A stretch of DNA of 64,000 nt, taken from assembly GCF_036417845.1 (NCBI RefSeq), contig NC_089978.1, forward strand, positions 20,838,000-20,901,999, given 5' to 3'. The position numbers and the translations under genes were made by a program. The stretch comes from Apteryx mantelli. Taxonomy: Eukaryota. Positions 1 to 11,032 of this stretch are shown here, in pieces; the first letter of the stretch is position 1, and the number at the start of each line of letters is the position of its first letter. The notes under the pieces were generated by a model. That model saw nothing but the letters and a program-made list of their open reading frames with translations, was not told the origin of the DNA and did not search any database.

Positions 1-833
1 GTGATCATGTAGTCTGAATTCCTACATAAAATAGTCCTAAGATTTCCCCAAATTAATTCTTTTTTGAGTTGAAGCTGTCTTTTTAGAGGAACATCCAATT
101 TTGCATTTACATTTTCTATAGATCTTAGTACCTCATTCTAATTGTTCATCTTCTTTGCTGTTATTAATTTATGACTTAAATCCAAATTTGTTCAGTTACT
201 TTACCTTTGTCTGCTGTACAGAAGAGCTCTCTTATCAAGCTTGTTTCCCACGTACATACACGTAAATTAAAATCAATTCCTCCTTTACATCCTCTTAACC
301 AACCCTTCTGATTCCAAGTTTTAAAGAAGCTATGAAGTATGATGAAATGCAATCTCATACCTTTTATCTGAAACCTCTACAGGTTTTCAGCAACTGTATT
401 AAATTGCTAAATTAAAACTGAAAACAGTATTCCAGCCAGAGCATCACAGTAGTCACACTGGTGCCAATAGTAAAACTGAGGAGAACAGGAAAGGTGAAGA
501 ATTCTAGCGCATTGTTTCTGATGTATAAATAACTTCTGGTTATACAGTGGGATCTCTTCGTCAACTCACAGCCATCTTGACCCCTAATTCCAGTTCAGTT
601 ACTAATTCTGACGATAGAGGTGGTAGGAAGACATTCTGTATTCCTGGACAGATCGTTATGTTCCATTCACCATATGAAAACATGGGTTCAATTCAGCCCA
701 ACTTACCAACAATCCAGCTATCCAAGATTTGTCATTATGTATCATTTTCCCAGTCTTTATCATATATAGGCTTTAACAGTAATGATTATAGTTTTTCCTA
801 AAACAGACAAACATTTTATACAAACAAAAGAAC

Positions 834-1000
834 CTGTTTTTTCTGCACACTGCTTTTAACAAAACTCAAATGGACATCAACAGGAACCCTCTGAGGCCTA
901 CAAGCTGACGGTATGTCAACTGATGAAGTATTTACCAAAGTAAACCAATATTTACCTAAAAACTTCACAATAAATGGTAGCAAATTATTATGTTCAGTAA
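834..1000 (-). CDS. CENPJ: Candidate downstream CENPJ coding exon (boundaries uncertain)
   Basis: On the minus strand a C-rich tract plus AG gives an acceptor at about 1000, with an alternative acceptor 'ttttag' at about 955. The open frame is in phase with the upstream exon, and the donor 'cag|gttctt' lies at about 834. Similarity to my recollection of the CPAP region '...FVLTSKRASPNLFSEA' is weak. Confidence 0.3.
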
Positions 1001-1004
1001 CTAT

Positions 1005-1018
1005 GGGGGGGGGGGGGG
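1005..1018. repeat. Poly-G homopolymer (14)
   Basis: A direct run of 14 G residues lies inside a CENPJ intron or candidate exon boundary. Confidence 0.9.
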
Positions 1019-1075
1019 AAACACCACACACACCAAGTTATCTTAAAAAGGTGCATCTTTCAACAAATGACTAAC

Positions 1076-1378
1076 CAGTGGTATATTTGTCTTCCTCATT
1101 GTTTTTCAAGCAATTCTGCATTTTCAGAGGCACACCCCGACATTGTTTCTCACAGGCAGAGACTGCTGAAAGACTGCTTTTCAAAGATGAGATGCATTCC
1201 TTGTTGTTTAACTTTTGTAAAAATCCACTGTCACGTGTATGTGAAGAAACATTATCGAGAGCAAAAGCTCTGTCTTCATTGTGGTTCTGATATACAGATG
1301 ATGGAAACTGGTGTAAAGCTGTCAAGCCCAGTGAATGTTCATATCTTAGGTTTTGACCTTCAGCTACTAGAGCAGAGC
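1076..1378 (-). CDS. CENPJ: CENPJ internal coding exon (phase 1 in, phase 1 out)
   Basis: The minus-strand acceptor is 'ttttttccttttatttcaag|gctctgctc' and the donor is 'ccactg|gttagt'. The frame continues from the upstream exon as '..TAVLGSALVAEGQ..QFPSSVYQNHNED..', resembling the CPAP segment after 'LLTMVSGQ'. Confidence 0.55.
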
Positions 1379-2225
1379 CTTGAAATAAAAAGGAAAAAAC
1401 CCTGTGTCATTGTATTTGTATTATTATATCCCTACTGTTCCAAAAAGAAAAGAAATGGCACTGAAGAGCAAGACTGATCATCCAGCCTCCATCCTTATAC
1501 TCCTGATCAAGAATAAGCCATGAGGCAATCTGGTTTTTGTTCCACTTAAAACTAATCCCTCAGCTAACTTTCTCAGGTAGGCAGAGTGAAAGAAAGATAG
1601 TCATTTAAGTAGGCATGGGCTGATACTGCCAACAAAAGAAAGTGCCTCTGCTCAGCTGACTGTTTTTTTCCACTCCAGTGTTGTCCCCGCCCTTTGCACA
1701 TAACAAATTGGACTGGAAAACTGATCCATGTTGCAAATGTTTGGTTTGGGTTGGTTGCTTGCTTGGTTTGTTCATGTTTTTTTAAACACATATCAGCTTC
1801 CCAGTCCAGCTCACCATCTGAACAATTTGTGCTGCACAATCACAAACAAGGAAGAACCACTTCTCTTGGATACAGTGCCAGCTTCAAGCAATCAAAAATA
1901 CTGTTAGAAACAGCTAATCAGAGAGGAAAGCAACTGTTTTATCCTGCCTTTTATATTTCGACTATGTTCTTTGAAACAAGGGCTTCCATCATAATGCATG
2001 TTGATTAAGTTACAATTATATTCAGCATTTTATAACAACAGGATATTTGGGTGCTACTGTAGAAGGAATATTATCAAACACTGAAATGACGCAGCACTTA
2101 TCTTTGACTAATTAAGTAGTTTTAGGATGAAGAACATTGAATACGCTTTCACATTTTAACTGGAAAATGAAATCAAACTCCTCAGTTTACTCAAGGTACG
2201 TCATCTGCTTTATTTCTCAGCTTAC

Positions 2226-2349
2226 CAAGAACTGCTGTCTGGCCAGATACCATACTAAGTAGCTTCTGCTGCTCTTCCATAAGCCTTTGAAGTTGTTCCA
2301 TCTGTTGTTTCTTTAGCTGTTCCTGTTTCTGTTGTTGCAATTCCTTCAG
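2226..2349 (-). CDS. CENPJ: CENPJ coding exon encoding the conserved coiled-coil segment
   Basis: The translation '[41 protein letters not shown]' closely matches the CPAP N-terminal coiled coil as I recall it. The minus-strand acceptor is 'ttttgcttgaaaag|ctgaagg' and the donor is 'cttg|gtaagc'. Confidence 0.75.
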
Positions 2350-2562
2350 CTTTTCAAGCAAAAAATAAATGAGTTTGAAGGTAAGTTTACTTAGAATATA
2401 TCTCAGAATAAGTGTTCTCAAAACAACAAGTATTTGCTGTTTTAAAGATGTTCTATTAGGTAAGTAAAACATGAAAAAAAAATCTAAAAATTATGAAGTG
2501 CTATCCTGAACAAAACTGTCATTTTTTCTGTCTGTGAATGCATATACTATTTCCAGCTTGCC

Positions 2563-2622
2563 TAACAATTCCACTAGTCTTAACACTTAACAATTCCACT
2601 AGTCTTAACACTTAACAATTCC
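2563..2622. repeat. Tandem duplication of about 25 bp ('aacaattccactagtcttaacactt', two copies)
   Basis: The direct repeat is visible in the sequence. Confidence 0.85.
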
Positions 2623-3525
2623 TCTTCAGATACCAATATTAGAACGAATATCCTTTATTTAGTTGGATACCACTTACATTACTGGAAAAGTGAATATATC
2701 TTCCTAACATGTAAAACAGGGGGGAAAAAACAGCAACAACTTCTAGCAAAGGGGACAAGGAGGTTAGTGAGCTCTTGATCCCTAATAGCAAGATTTATTA
2801 AAGTGTCTCTTAACATTTGCAGCTAACATTATATCTGGCACCTGGGGAGAGCTACAAGCAGACATAGAGCCAGTTACAGTGGCTTAACTAGCAAGATTGC
2901 TTCAAGAGGCAGGGCGGAGGGAGGAGGGAAATCAATCATAGGGTCATAAATCCATGCTTTTGGTCCCAAAGTCTTGCATACTTCATCATATTCAACACTA
3001 AAATCTCTCATCACCTAAACAGAGCCTGGTATATGGGTGTGTATACCTATTTTGAGAACTAATAGAAGATGTTCCTTGCTATGTTGCAAGAATATACAAC
3101 TTTACTGTGTTCCTCTGTGATTTTCCAATGTACTGAAGTATTTGGACTGAAGTACTACCATTGTAACAACCAGCACTAGCACTCTGTTTCCTAAGCTTTG
3201 AGTGAAGTAATAATGGATTACTCTAAAACAAAGTGCATCTTTTCAGTTAAAAAAAATTGACAGCAAATACTCTGCCACTGAATGCACTTTCATTTCTGAA
3301 CTGGAACCTGTGCCAGCTGGAAACAACAGACATTAATTAGATCTTCAATAACTGCACATTATGAGAAGGAGGACAACAACCTTTATTCGTGTGTAGAGAC
3401 TTGCTCTTTAAGCATGGTCTGTTCTATACACTGCACAGGTTTTGCTTACTTTCAGGTATGACAAATCATGTGCAGGAACAAAATAAATCTTTGTTGGTGC
3501 ATGTCAAGAATTTTATAACTTTTAC

Positions 3526-3927
3526 CTGTTCAAGCTTTTGTAAGAGTGGATCATTGTAGTCTGATTTATTCTGACCATCCACTTCACCATGGACAAACTC
3601 TGTTTTAGAGGCTTCTAAATTATATGCTGCTGCTGGAAAAGATGTTTCAGTGGTGTGTTGCTGAAGTCTACAAGAGCTGCTGGATTCCAGTATTTGTTCT
3701 TCACACAAGGAGTCCTCACTTATAGAGCAGCTGCTTGAAAGATAGAGCACTTCAACAGGGAAAGCTGTGATGTTTTCATGTCCAGATAACGGACTTTCTT
3801 TGTTGATTTTCAACCCAGGAAAATTAGGATCTAGTAAGACTCCAGCACGGGAAGTGTCAGACATCCAATGTGCAATGAAGTTCGGTTCACTACTTAGATC
3901 TTCAACAGTTGGCATCTTATATTCCAA
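3526..3927 (-). CDS. CENPJ: CENPJ first coding exon (ATG at 3925-3927 on minus strand; 5'UTR continues to about 3953-3964)
   Basis: The translation 'MPTVEDLSSEPNFIAHWMSDTSRAGVLLDPNFPGL...DPLLQKLEQ' matches the CPAP N-terminus '[28 protein letters not shown]...DPLFKKLEQ'. The minus-strand donor 'gaacag|gtaaaa' at 3526 joins in phase 0 to the next exon. Confidence 0.7.
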
Positions 3928-4150
3928 TTTAATGTTGCATCAGCAAATAACATCTAGTGTTTATCTAGTGTTAAAACAGTAAAGAGTTTCAAGTGTTTGG
4001 TATGGATGATTATCTTCTTTTTGCACCTAGAAATTAAACAGATAAACAGAATGAGAAGTCTACAAAAATAGATCCTCAAACAGAAATTTACTCTCTTATG
4101 ACCAACTTAATATATTTATAAAACTGAGTCACTATCTATTTTTCTTTTTT

Positions 4151-4186
4151 GATACAATCAATTGATACAATTGATACAATCAATTT
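4151..4186. repeat. Short tandem repeat (gatacaat/caatt)n
   Basis: The run reads 'gatacaatcaattgatacaattgatacaatcaatt'. Confidence 0.8.
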
Positions 4187-5840
4187 AGACCACTAGTAAC
4201 AAACACTTTCTATACAGGAAGTCAACAAAATCTAACTTTTAAACTTTAATATTAACTGCATTCAAATAAATAACATCTCAAACGTTATAAAGCTATACAC
4301 AATATTCTATTCAATAGCACAGGGACAGGTTCAGAGCTTTTAAAAAGCATTCACAGCAAAAGGAGAGAGAAATGTTTTGAGGAGCTGAAAAAGATACACT
4401 AATATGAAGGTCCCGTGAGGGAAGTAATTTTTAAAGTTTGTCTACATACAATCATTTTACTGTGTATATTTCAGTGAGCACTTATCATTTTCATGCTTTC
4501 CTTGGTTTCTCATGGGAACTCTACACTGTGCTGCCTGTTAACCTCTTCCTCCTCCTCCCATCATCTTTTTTTTTTTCTTCCCCCAAACACAGAAAGAGTT
4601 TGAAGACTATGAAAGTGTCAGTGATGATCAAATTCCTACAAGCTTCATGAAGCAGTAATGAATTCAGGTAGCTAAGAAGCCCGGAGCGATGCCCCACTAA
4701 GGCCAGAGCCAGAACTGCTGCTGCTCACGTGGCAACAGCAGTCTGGCCACTCAGCGCTGCTACGTCAAACAAGTCCAAGAGCAGATAACTCTCTGCCTGT
4801 GTGTATGATGTGTCATAAGGAACACAGACAGAAAAAGTGGTCAGGGAACAAAGGACATTCAACCATAGGAAACCAGTCGTCAACAGTCCTGCTACTCAGG
4901 AAACAACATTTTAAAGTTTCCCCATTCCCAAGAGATCAGTCCATGCCAGCTCTTGTTTAATTCTCCACATACACAGAAGCTGTAAAAGGGCTTAAGCCTT
5001 TAACCAAAGTTTCACAGAGGCAACAACATGAGAAGCAGCAGACCGGCCTATAACTAGGGGAGACAGCAAGATTCCCTTAAATGAACGGTTTTCAACTTCA
5101 TCCTGTTTTCAGACACCACTGAAACTTCCCCAGCAAGGTGCAGATTCCTGCATAAGCAAATTTAAACCTGCTGGGTTTACACTTTTTTTCGTGTCACCTT
5201 TTGGAGACCCCTTCAAGGCAGCCTGTCAGTCCACAAGCAGATGCCTGAGCTAGACAACACAGTGAAAACTAGTCTTAGATCACTGCCCACCAGGTTTTGA
5301 GACCCCCCAAAAATACCCTCCTAAAATTTATATGAACTGTCTAATAAAAGTGCGATCTATTTAAAGCTTCTCCTGAAGTTTAAAGGCAGCGGCTCCTCTG
5401 TGCAGACCTTCTGAGGGAGGGGAGGTGGGGAAGGGAAGAAAGGACCCCCCAAAAGCCGGAAGAGCCCTCCTCGGTGGCGAGGAGGCGAGCGCAGCCTTTC
5501 TCCTTGCTCCGGAGCGGAGCCGGGGCGCCAAGGCCAGCCGGCATCTCCCTCCCCCGGGGACACCCCAGCGCCGCCCCAGCCTCCAGCACCGCGACGTCCT
5601 CACAGAAGGCAGCCCGAAGGGCCGAGGGCGGCCGCCCCGGCGGGGTCCCCCGCGCCCGCCGCTCCCCCGCCCCAGGGCAGCTCCGACCCGCGGCCCCTCG
5701 CGGGCGCCGAGGCAGCAGCCCCGATCCTCGCACCCCCGCTCGCCGCCGCCGCGCCGGCCGCCCGCCCTCCCCGTCTCTTACAAACCTGCCGCCATCGCAC
5801 AGCCTCCCAGCGCCACAGGCTGAACAACGCCCCGCGCGAG

Positions 5841-5865
5841 GCATGCTGGGAGTTGTAGTCCCAGG
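5841..5865 (-). promoter_or_regulatory. ZNF143/SBS-type 'ACTACAACTCCCAGCATGC' motif, minus orientation
   Basis: The reverse complement of 5841-5865 reads 'cctgggACTACAACTCCCAGCATGC'. This matches the extended ZNF143 (Staf) motif ACTACAAyTCCCAGCAaTGC. Confidence 0.6.
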
Positions 5866-5910
5866 CCGCTACCCTGCCCGCCCAGCTGCGAGGAGGCCCT
5901 GCGGCGCTCG

Positions 5911-5930
5911 AACTACAGCTCCCACGAGCC
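5911..5930 (+). promoter_or_regulatory. Second ZNF143/SBS-like motif 'AACTACAGCTCCCACGAGCC', plus orientation
   Basis: It carries the same ACTACA..TCCCA core in the opposite orientation, about 50 bp from the first. This is typical of bidirectional CpG-island promoters. Confidence 0.5.
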
Positions 5931-8900
5931 TCAGCGGCCAAAAGGCCGTTGATAGGCTTCAACGGTAACGACCGCCCTCGCCCCTGCCGCGCCCGCGCTC
6001 CCGTTCCTGCTCGGGGCTGTTGGAGGCGGCGGGGATCGGGCTGGGACGGCGTCTTTCCAGCACCTCGAGCTGCCCCTCGCTCCCGGGGCGGCCTTGCAGG
6101 TAGAAGCGGCTCGCTTTTTCCCCCAGCTCCCTCCCGTGTCGCTGCTCGCGGCCCTGGTGTCACCGAAATCACTGCGGGATCGCGGGTTCGCAGGCGTCTC
6201 CCCGAAGCTGCTGCGGGCGTCGTGTTTCACGCCGGGCCCCGGCGCCCCAAGGCGGCCTGGAAAACCTGGGAGGTTAACGGCCGGTTCCGCGCAGTATCCA
6301 TTAACAGCTGCCGTGAAAAGTACGAGGAAGTTCCCGTTTAGTGAGCGGTCCGCAAGCCTCCCGGGGTGGGGCTTCCCGGGGGGGGTGGGGCTCGGCTCGG
6401 GGGATGTTTGCTTTTGCAGCCGGTTCTTACGCCCTTTTAATCTTTAAGTAGCTGCAGTAGGCGAGGAGTGGAAGGGCAAACGGGCCAAGAGCACGCCTTG
6501 TCTTTCTGGCATTTTGCATTTTAGGTGTGCTCTGTCTTGTTGAGCTTCCCCCCCCCCCCTCCAAAATTAGCGGTTTCCTTTAAACTCCAGTAGAAGGCAC
6601 AGCATCACACACTAGAAACTCACGGTGCGTTGCAGGTTGCGACAATCTGGTTTTGCTCTTTACTCTCGTAGGCAAGTACAAAACTGTGCTCTAGGTTGTA
6701 TGTACCCGTGGCAGCCCTTCCAACTGCCGAGTACTAGTTTTAATTTCAGCTCTCTCTTCTTTCTGTAATTCCACCTGGTTCTTTCTCCTAAACTTTAATT
6801 TTGCCAGTTATGAATATATTTTCTACATGATTGTCCTCAAGCTTGATTCTGCATTAGCAGTGTGAAGCTACTGTGATAGAAAAGGTGAGGATTTCTACCT
6901 ATGCCTTTTTAAGGCACAGCATCACTATTAATTCCTTTGACATCTTTATTAGGAAAATATGGTAGAGGTTTGTTTTCAATATTTCTGCATGCTGAAGGCC
7001 TTACTGGACTCCAGATTATTCATGGACTACTTTGGATGATAAAAATTTCTCTTTGGCTCCCTCTGCATGCTAAAAATGTAATCTGTTGTTTGTGATAGTC
7101 CCAAGCTCACAGTTTGATCAGGAAGTGCAAGCTCACAATTCCTTTGAGGAAAATCGGACCTCAATGATCTCCACTGACACAAATTAAAATTGTAGGAATT
7201 AAGCCAGCAGTGATTGTCAACAGTTTTCCTTTACATAACTTCCTTATCTGGTGCTGCCCCAACACAGTTTCCAGTTTAAAGTGTCTATCAGCTGCTAATT
7301 AATTTTCAACATGCAGGTTCAATTGAACGGTCTATTATGATTTTGAAGTTTGAAAGTTTTACAGCTCAAAAAGACTAAAGCCAAAGGCTTTGCTAGAATT
7401 CCTTGAAAAGTTTGATTCTCCAGAAGAATAGAAAAGAGGCTAACATTCAGTGATAGCATTCAGCAACAGTGAAAGAGAATAAAATCCCCTTCACTCAAGG
7501 GAGAGAAAAGCTCCTGGGAGCAGACTCTGAACAGGTTTCAACTCAATTTCCTCTGCTCTGTAAGGTATTCCAAAGTTCACTTACACTGTACAGTGGTAGT
7601 TTCCTCATTCTTCCAAGTTTGGAGAGGGTTTACTGTCCATAGCTGTGTGGTAGACTGTACTTGGCTTGGTTTGATTTATTTGACTGGGTCACAATTAGTG
7701 TTGCTGCCCCTTTAGGCTTTTTACAGTGTTTGAGGAATGAGTGTGTCCTAGCCCTTCCTATCTCACAACACCCGGTCTCTCCAGTTGTATCTCGCACTGT
7801 TGGGAAGCAGGAAAGCCCTTCAGGGAGGGGAGCTGCCTCAGCAGGTGAGTGTAGATGATTTGTGTTGCTTAAAATCTAAAGAGAGGAGTGGGATCAAGGG
7901 TCGTTTAATGCCTGTAGTGCTGGCAGTACAGAAGGGTAGGGGGGTTACTTTGCGAACAAACTCAGAGGAAATGAATCTGTCCTTCTCTCCAGTTTACACA
8001 TTCCTTTCTGCTTGCTGGCTGATGTATGGTTTATTTACAGATCAGTTCTCTCAACAATTTTTTCTCAGTTCGCAGTGAGCAGCATAATTTTCATAAGCAA
8101 AATGTGATATAAAATAACATTGTGGAGCTTTTATGCCACATGTGGCTACCGGTCTCAGGTGTTTCTGATGTTTCAAGGTGATATGGATGTACTGGCAGGA
8201 CTGATGCTTGTAATAGCTTGTATTTATTTCATTGCCTTCTAATAATCTTATTGCTTAGGCTATGCAAATAGAATTCGTTATTTCCTGAGGAGACAACTTC
8301 TGATGAAACTTTGGCCGGAATCTGCTTTAGAGAGTGTATTGAGAAAACTAGTGCATGCAGAGGTCTAGGAGTAAAAAGGGAGGCAGTGCCCTGGTCCACT
8401 CTGTTATTATTAAGGGAAACCTTTGGCGATGGCACATTTGCCCTTATATATGCTCCAAATTTATGCATCTTATTTGTGATGAGATTCAAAATAAAGTTCA
8501 TAAAAGCAGCTTACACCATGCCATAGAGCTTCTTAAAGTTATAGTTTCCCACAGAGCCAAATTACAAGAAGGCTGGCTTGTAAGATTTTTATTACCTCAG
8601 ATACCACGGTATTTTGTGAAAACCTCTCAGTTAAAATATGGAAGAAGAGTTGTTTTTCCTGTGTGAGCAGAGCGTACTTTGATGCCAAAAAGATTGCTAA
8701 TTCCAGACAACAAAAAACAAGAGTCACAAAATACACGTTTATAGTGCCTTCATGTGCCCTTTTGTTAGGCAGTGCCTGCCTGATCTAAATATATGTATTA
8801 GAATTACAGTGTCGCCAGTTCGCTCAGATGTATAGCGTAGTAGATGGTTTGGGCCTTTCCTACAGGTTGCCTTTCTGAGATCAAATTGTACAGCTATGTA

Positions 8901-10906
8901 TAAAATCATGTCTGATGGTGCTGATTTTCCAGGCTTTCCTGAAACCCAAAATTCAAATGAATTATGTTGCTCTCTCCCTTAGACAAACTCCTTCCTATTC
9001 TTCAGCTCGTCACTTAGTTATTCCACAGTAGCTGGCAAGAGTATTGCTTTACTTTCTGCATTGAAAAATGATTTTACTTACATTCATTGAAAATCAAATA
9101 TGCCATAGAGTAAGAAAATATGCTCAGTCCTCAATTGTAATCCCACCTCTAAATTACCGCAGGTTCATTTGTTTATCTGAAACTGTATCGTTTAAGGCTT
9201 AATCAGAATTTGCAGTGCATGTGGGATCTCTCATCAAGTTGGAGAAAGCTCATCTTTTTTCTTCTGAATGGCCTGCCCAAAAGAGAGAGCACTTAATGTC
9301 GGGCATTTTTGGCCAACACAAGAAGTACTTTCCTTTCACATCGTCTTTGCTTTTCGAGGAGCAATTTCTTATTTGTTTTGCCTTATCCTGTGGGTCCAGG
9401 ATGAATTTGGAGAAGGCAAATATTCTGGATTGTCAGTTTTGTCCAGTCATCTCACAGTTAGAAATATTTTGCCTTAAGTCATGGTGAAAAATTTCTATCA
9501 GCAAGTAACTCTTCCAGAAATATGAAAAGTTAGAGTAAATACAAAGTCTTTACAAGTAACATTGATGCTAACCCTCTGTCTGAGATACAGACACAATGGT
9601 TAGCCAAAGAATTACCACTAAAAAGAATTTTCTGACTGAAATATTTTGTTTTACAGGCATACGTTCTCTTCACGCTCATTACTGTAGGGTGCATCTGCAT
9701 TAGCAGTTTGGCTTGGAGCAGAAATAGTTTTAAGCCAAATCTTTTGGTTGTCACCAGTTGCCTTATGTTGATTAAGGTCTCAAAGTGGTTTTGAGATGTA
9801 CAATCTGAATGCCTTTCAGAGAAAACTGAACTGAGCACTGTGCTTCAAATATGTCTAACAGGGACATAAGTGTGGGCCTAGGCGAAGGCCCTCTAGCTTG
9901 CACTTAGCACACATGCCACTCGAAGGCTCTCCTGTGACAGGCTGGGGAGCTCAAGGGATATAAAGAGCTCAGTGGTCATAAAGTGTTCTCGTTTACACTA
10001 CAGTTCTTTTTATCATTCTCATCAGTTTTTAAAATAATAATAACTTTGCACACACAAGCAGCCAGGAAAATAGGTATATACTGAGGATACATTTTAATGA
10101 CTTAAGCCAGACACTGTCTTTACATTTTGTTGTCATAAATTCTACTCCTGATTAAATAAAACTTTCCCAGCCTCCCATATCTTAGTGTAGTTTGTCACAA
10201 ATAACACGCAGCCAATTTTCATTGAGGTTGTTCTACAGGCATTGTAGGCGGACACTGCTAAGAAAAGAAGCTGTCCACCTACATCCATCCCTCCCCTGAC
10301 TACTCGCTTCCACTCCCATGTTCCTATGTAAGTCTTTGCCCTAGGCCACAGGGTGAAGTAAATCAGAAAACAGATCTGAATTAAAACTAACCTCTTGCTT
10401 TGTTGTTTTTTGCTCTGTTGGGTTTAATCTGGATCATTTTTGGAAAGTCCTTTTTGAATGTTGTTTTTCTGTGTTTACAGATTATATACATCTATGAGTG
10501 GAAACATGAGAAACAGTTTACGTTCTTGAAAAAGAGAGTTGTTTTATAGTAGTATTGTCTGAAAGGGGAACAGAAAGATTGTTCTAGTCTAAAATAAAAT
10601 AATTCCACATTACTAACAATGGGTATTAGCAGCAAGAAATCAAGATATGAGTTTGACAATTAGTTCATGCCATGCCTTTACTGAAAACGTAGGTCACACT
10701 AAATTTTCCACATGATTTAAGAAAATGAATAAAACTGATTAAGAACTATTCTCGGTGGATTTGATTACCATGCTAATAAAATGGATTTTGTTTTGATATT
10801 TTCTAGAGTTGAAAAGAGTATATTTGGTGGGAGATTACTTAGATGGATAATAGGAATGAAAGTTTTTTGAGCCAAAAAAACTATTTCCTTTTTTAACAGG
10901 AGGACG

Positions 10907-11032
10907 ATGACAATCTTTTCAAACTGTGTGTTTTTTTTAAAACTGAAGCACTTGCCTATTCAGGAGAAGAATAGGCTGAAAACATGCATTAAAGAAAACA
11001 GTGGAGTAATTCATTTTGTGCTTGATCACAAG
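10907..11032 (+). CDS. PARP4: PARP4 coding exon 1 (start codon; BRCT domain N-terminus)
   Basis: The ATG at 10907 lies 8 nt after the acceptor 'ttttaacag|gaggacg'. The translation 'MTIFSNCVFFLKLKHLPIQEKNRLKTCIKENSGVIHFVLDHK' matches the human PARP4 N-terminus 'MVMGIFANCIFCLKVKYLPQQQKKKLQTDIKENGGKF'. The donor is 'aag|gtatgt'. Confidence 0.8.

Larger units (their letters stand above)
5390..6460. promoter_or_regulatory. CpG island and bidirectional promoter shared by CENPJ (minus) and PARP4 (plus); likely holds the short non-coding first exons of both
   Basis: A roughly 1.1-kb stretch has very high GC and CpG density and many GC-box-like 'ccgccc'/'gggcgg' strings. It sits between the divergent CENPJ and PARP4 coding exons. 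The long ORFs overlapping it are Arg/Pro/Ala-rich artefacts. Confidence 0.75.

Noticed and set aside
3767-3982. The plus-strand 71-aa ORF overlapping the CENPJ first coding exon
   Set aside because: It is antisense to a well-supported CENPJ exon and has no splice context or homology.
7841-7850. The strong donor 'gcag|gtgagt' 1.4 kb downstream of the CpG island, considered as the PARP4 exon 1 end
   Set aside because: There is no promoter signal nearby. A first exon inside the CpG island is more likely, and this cannot be decided without RNA data.
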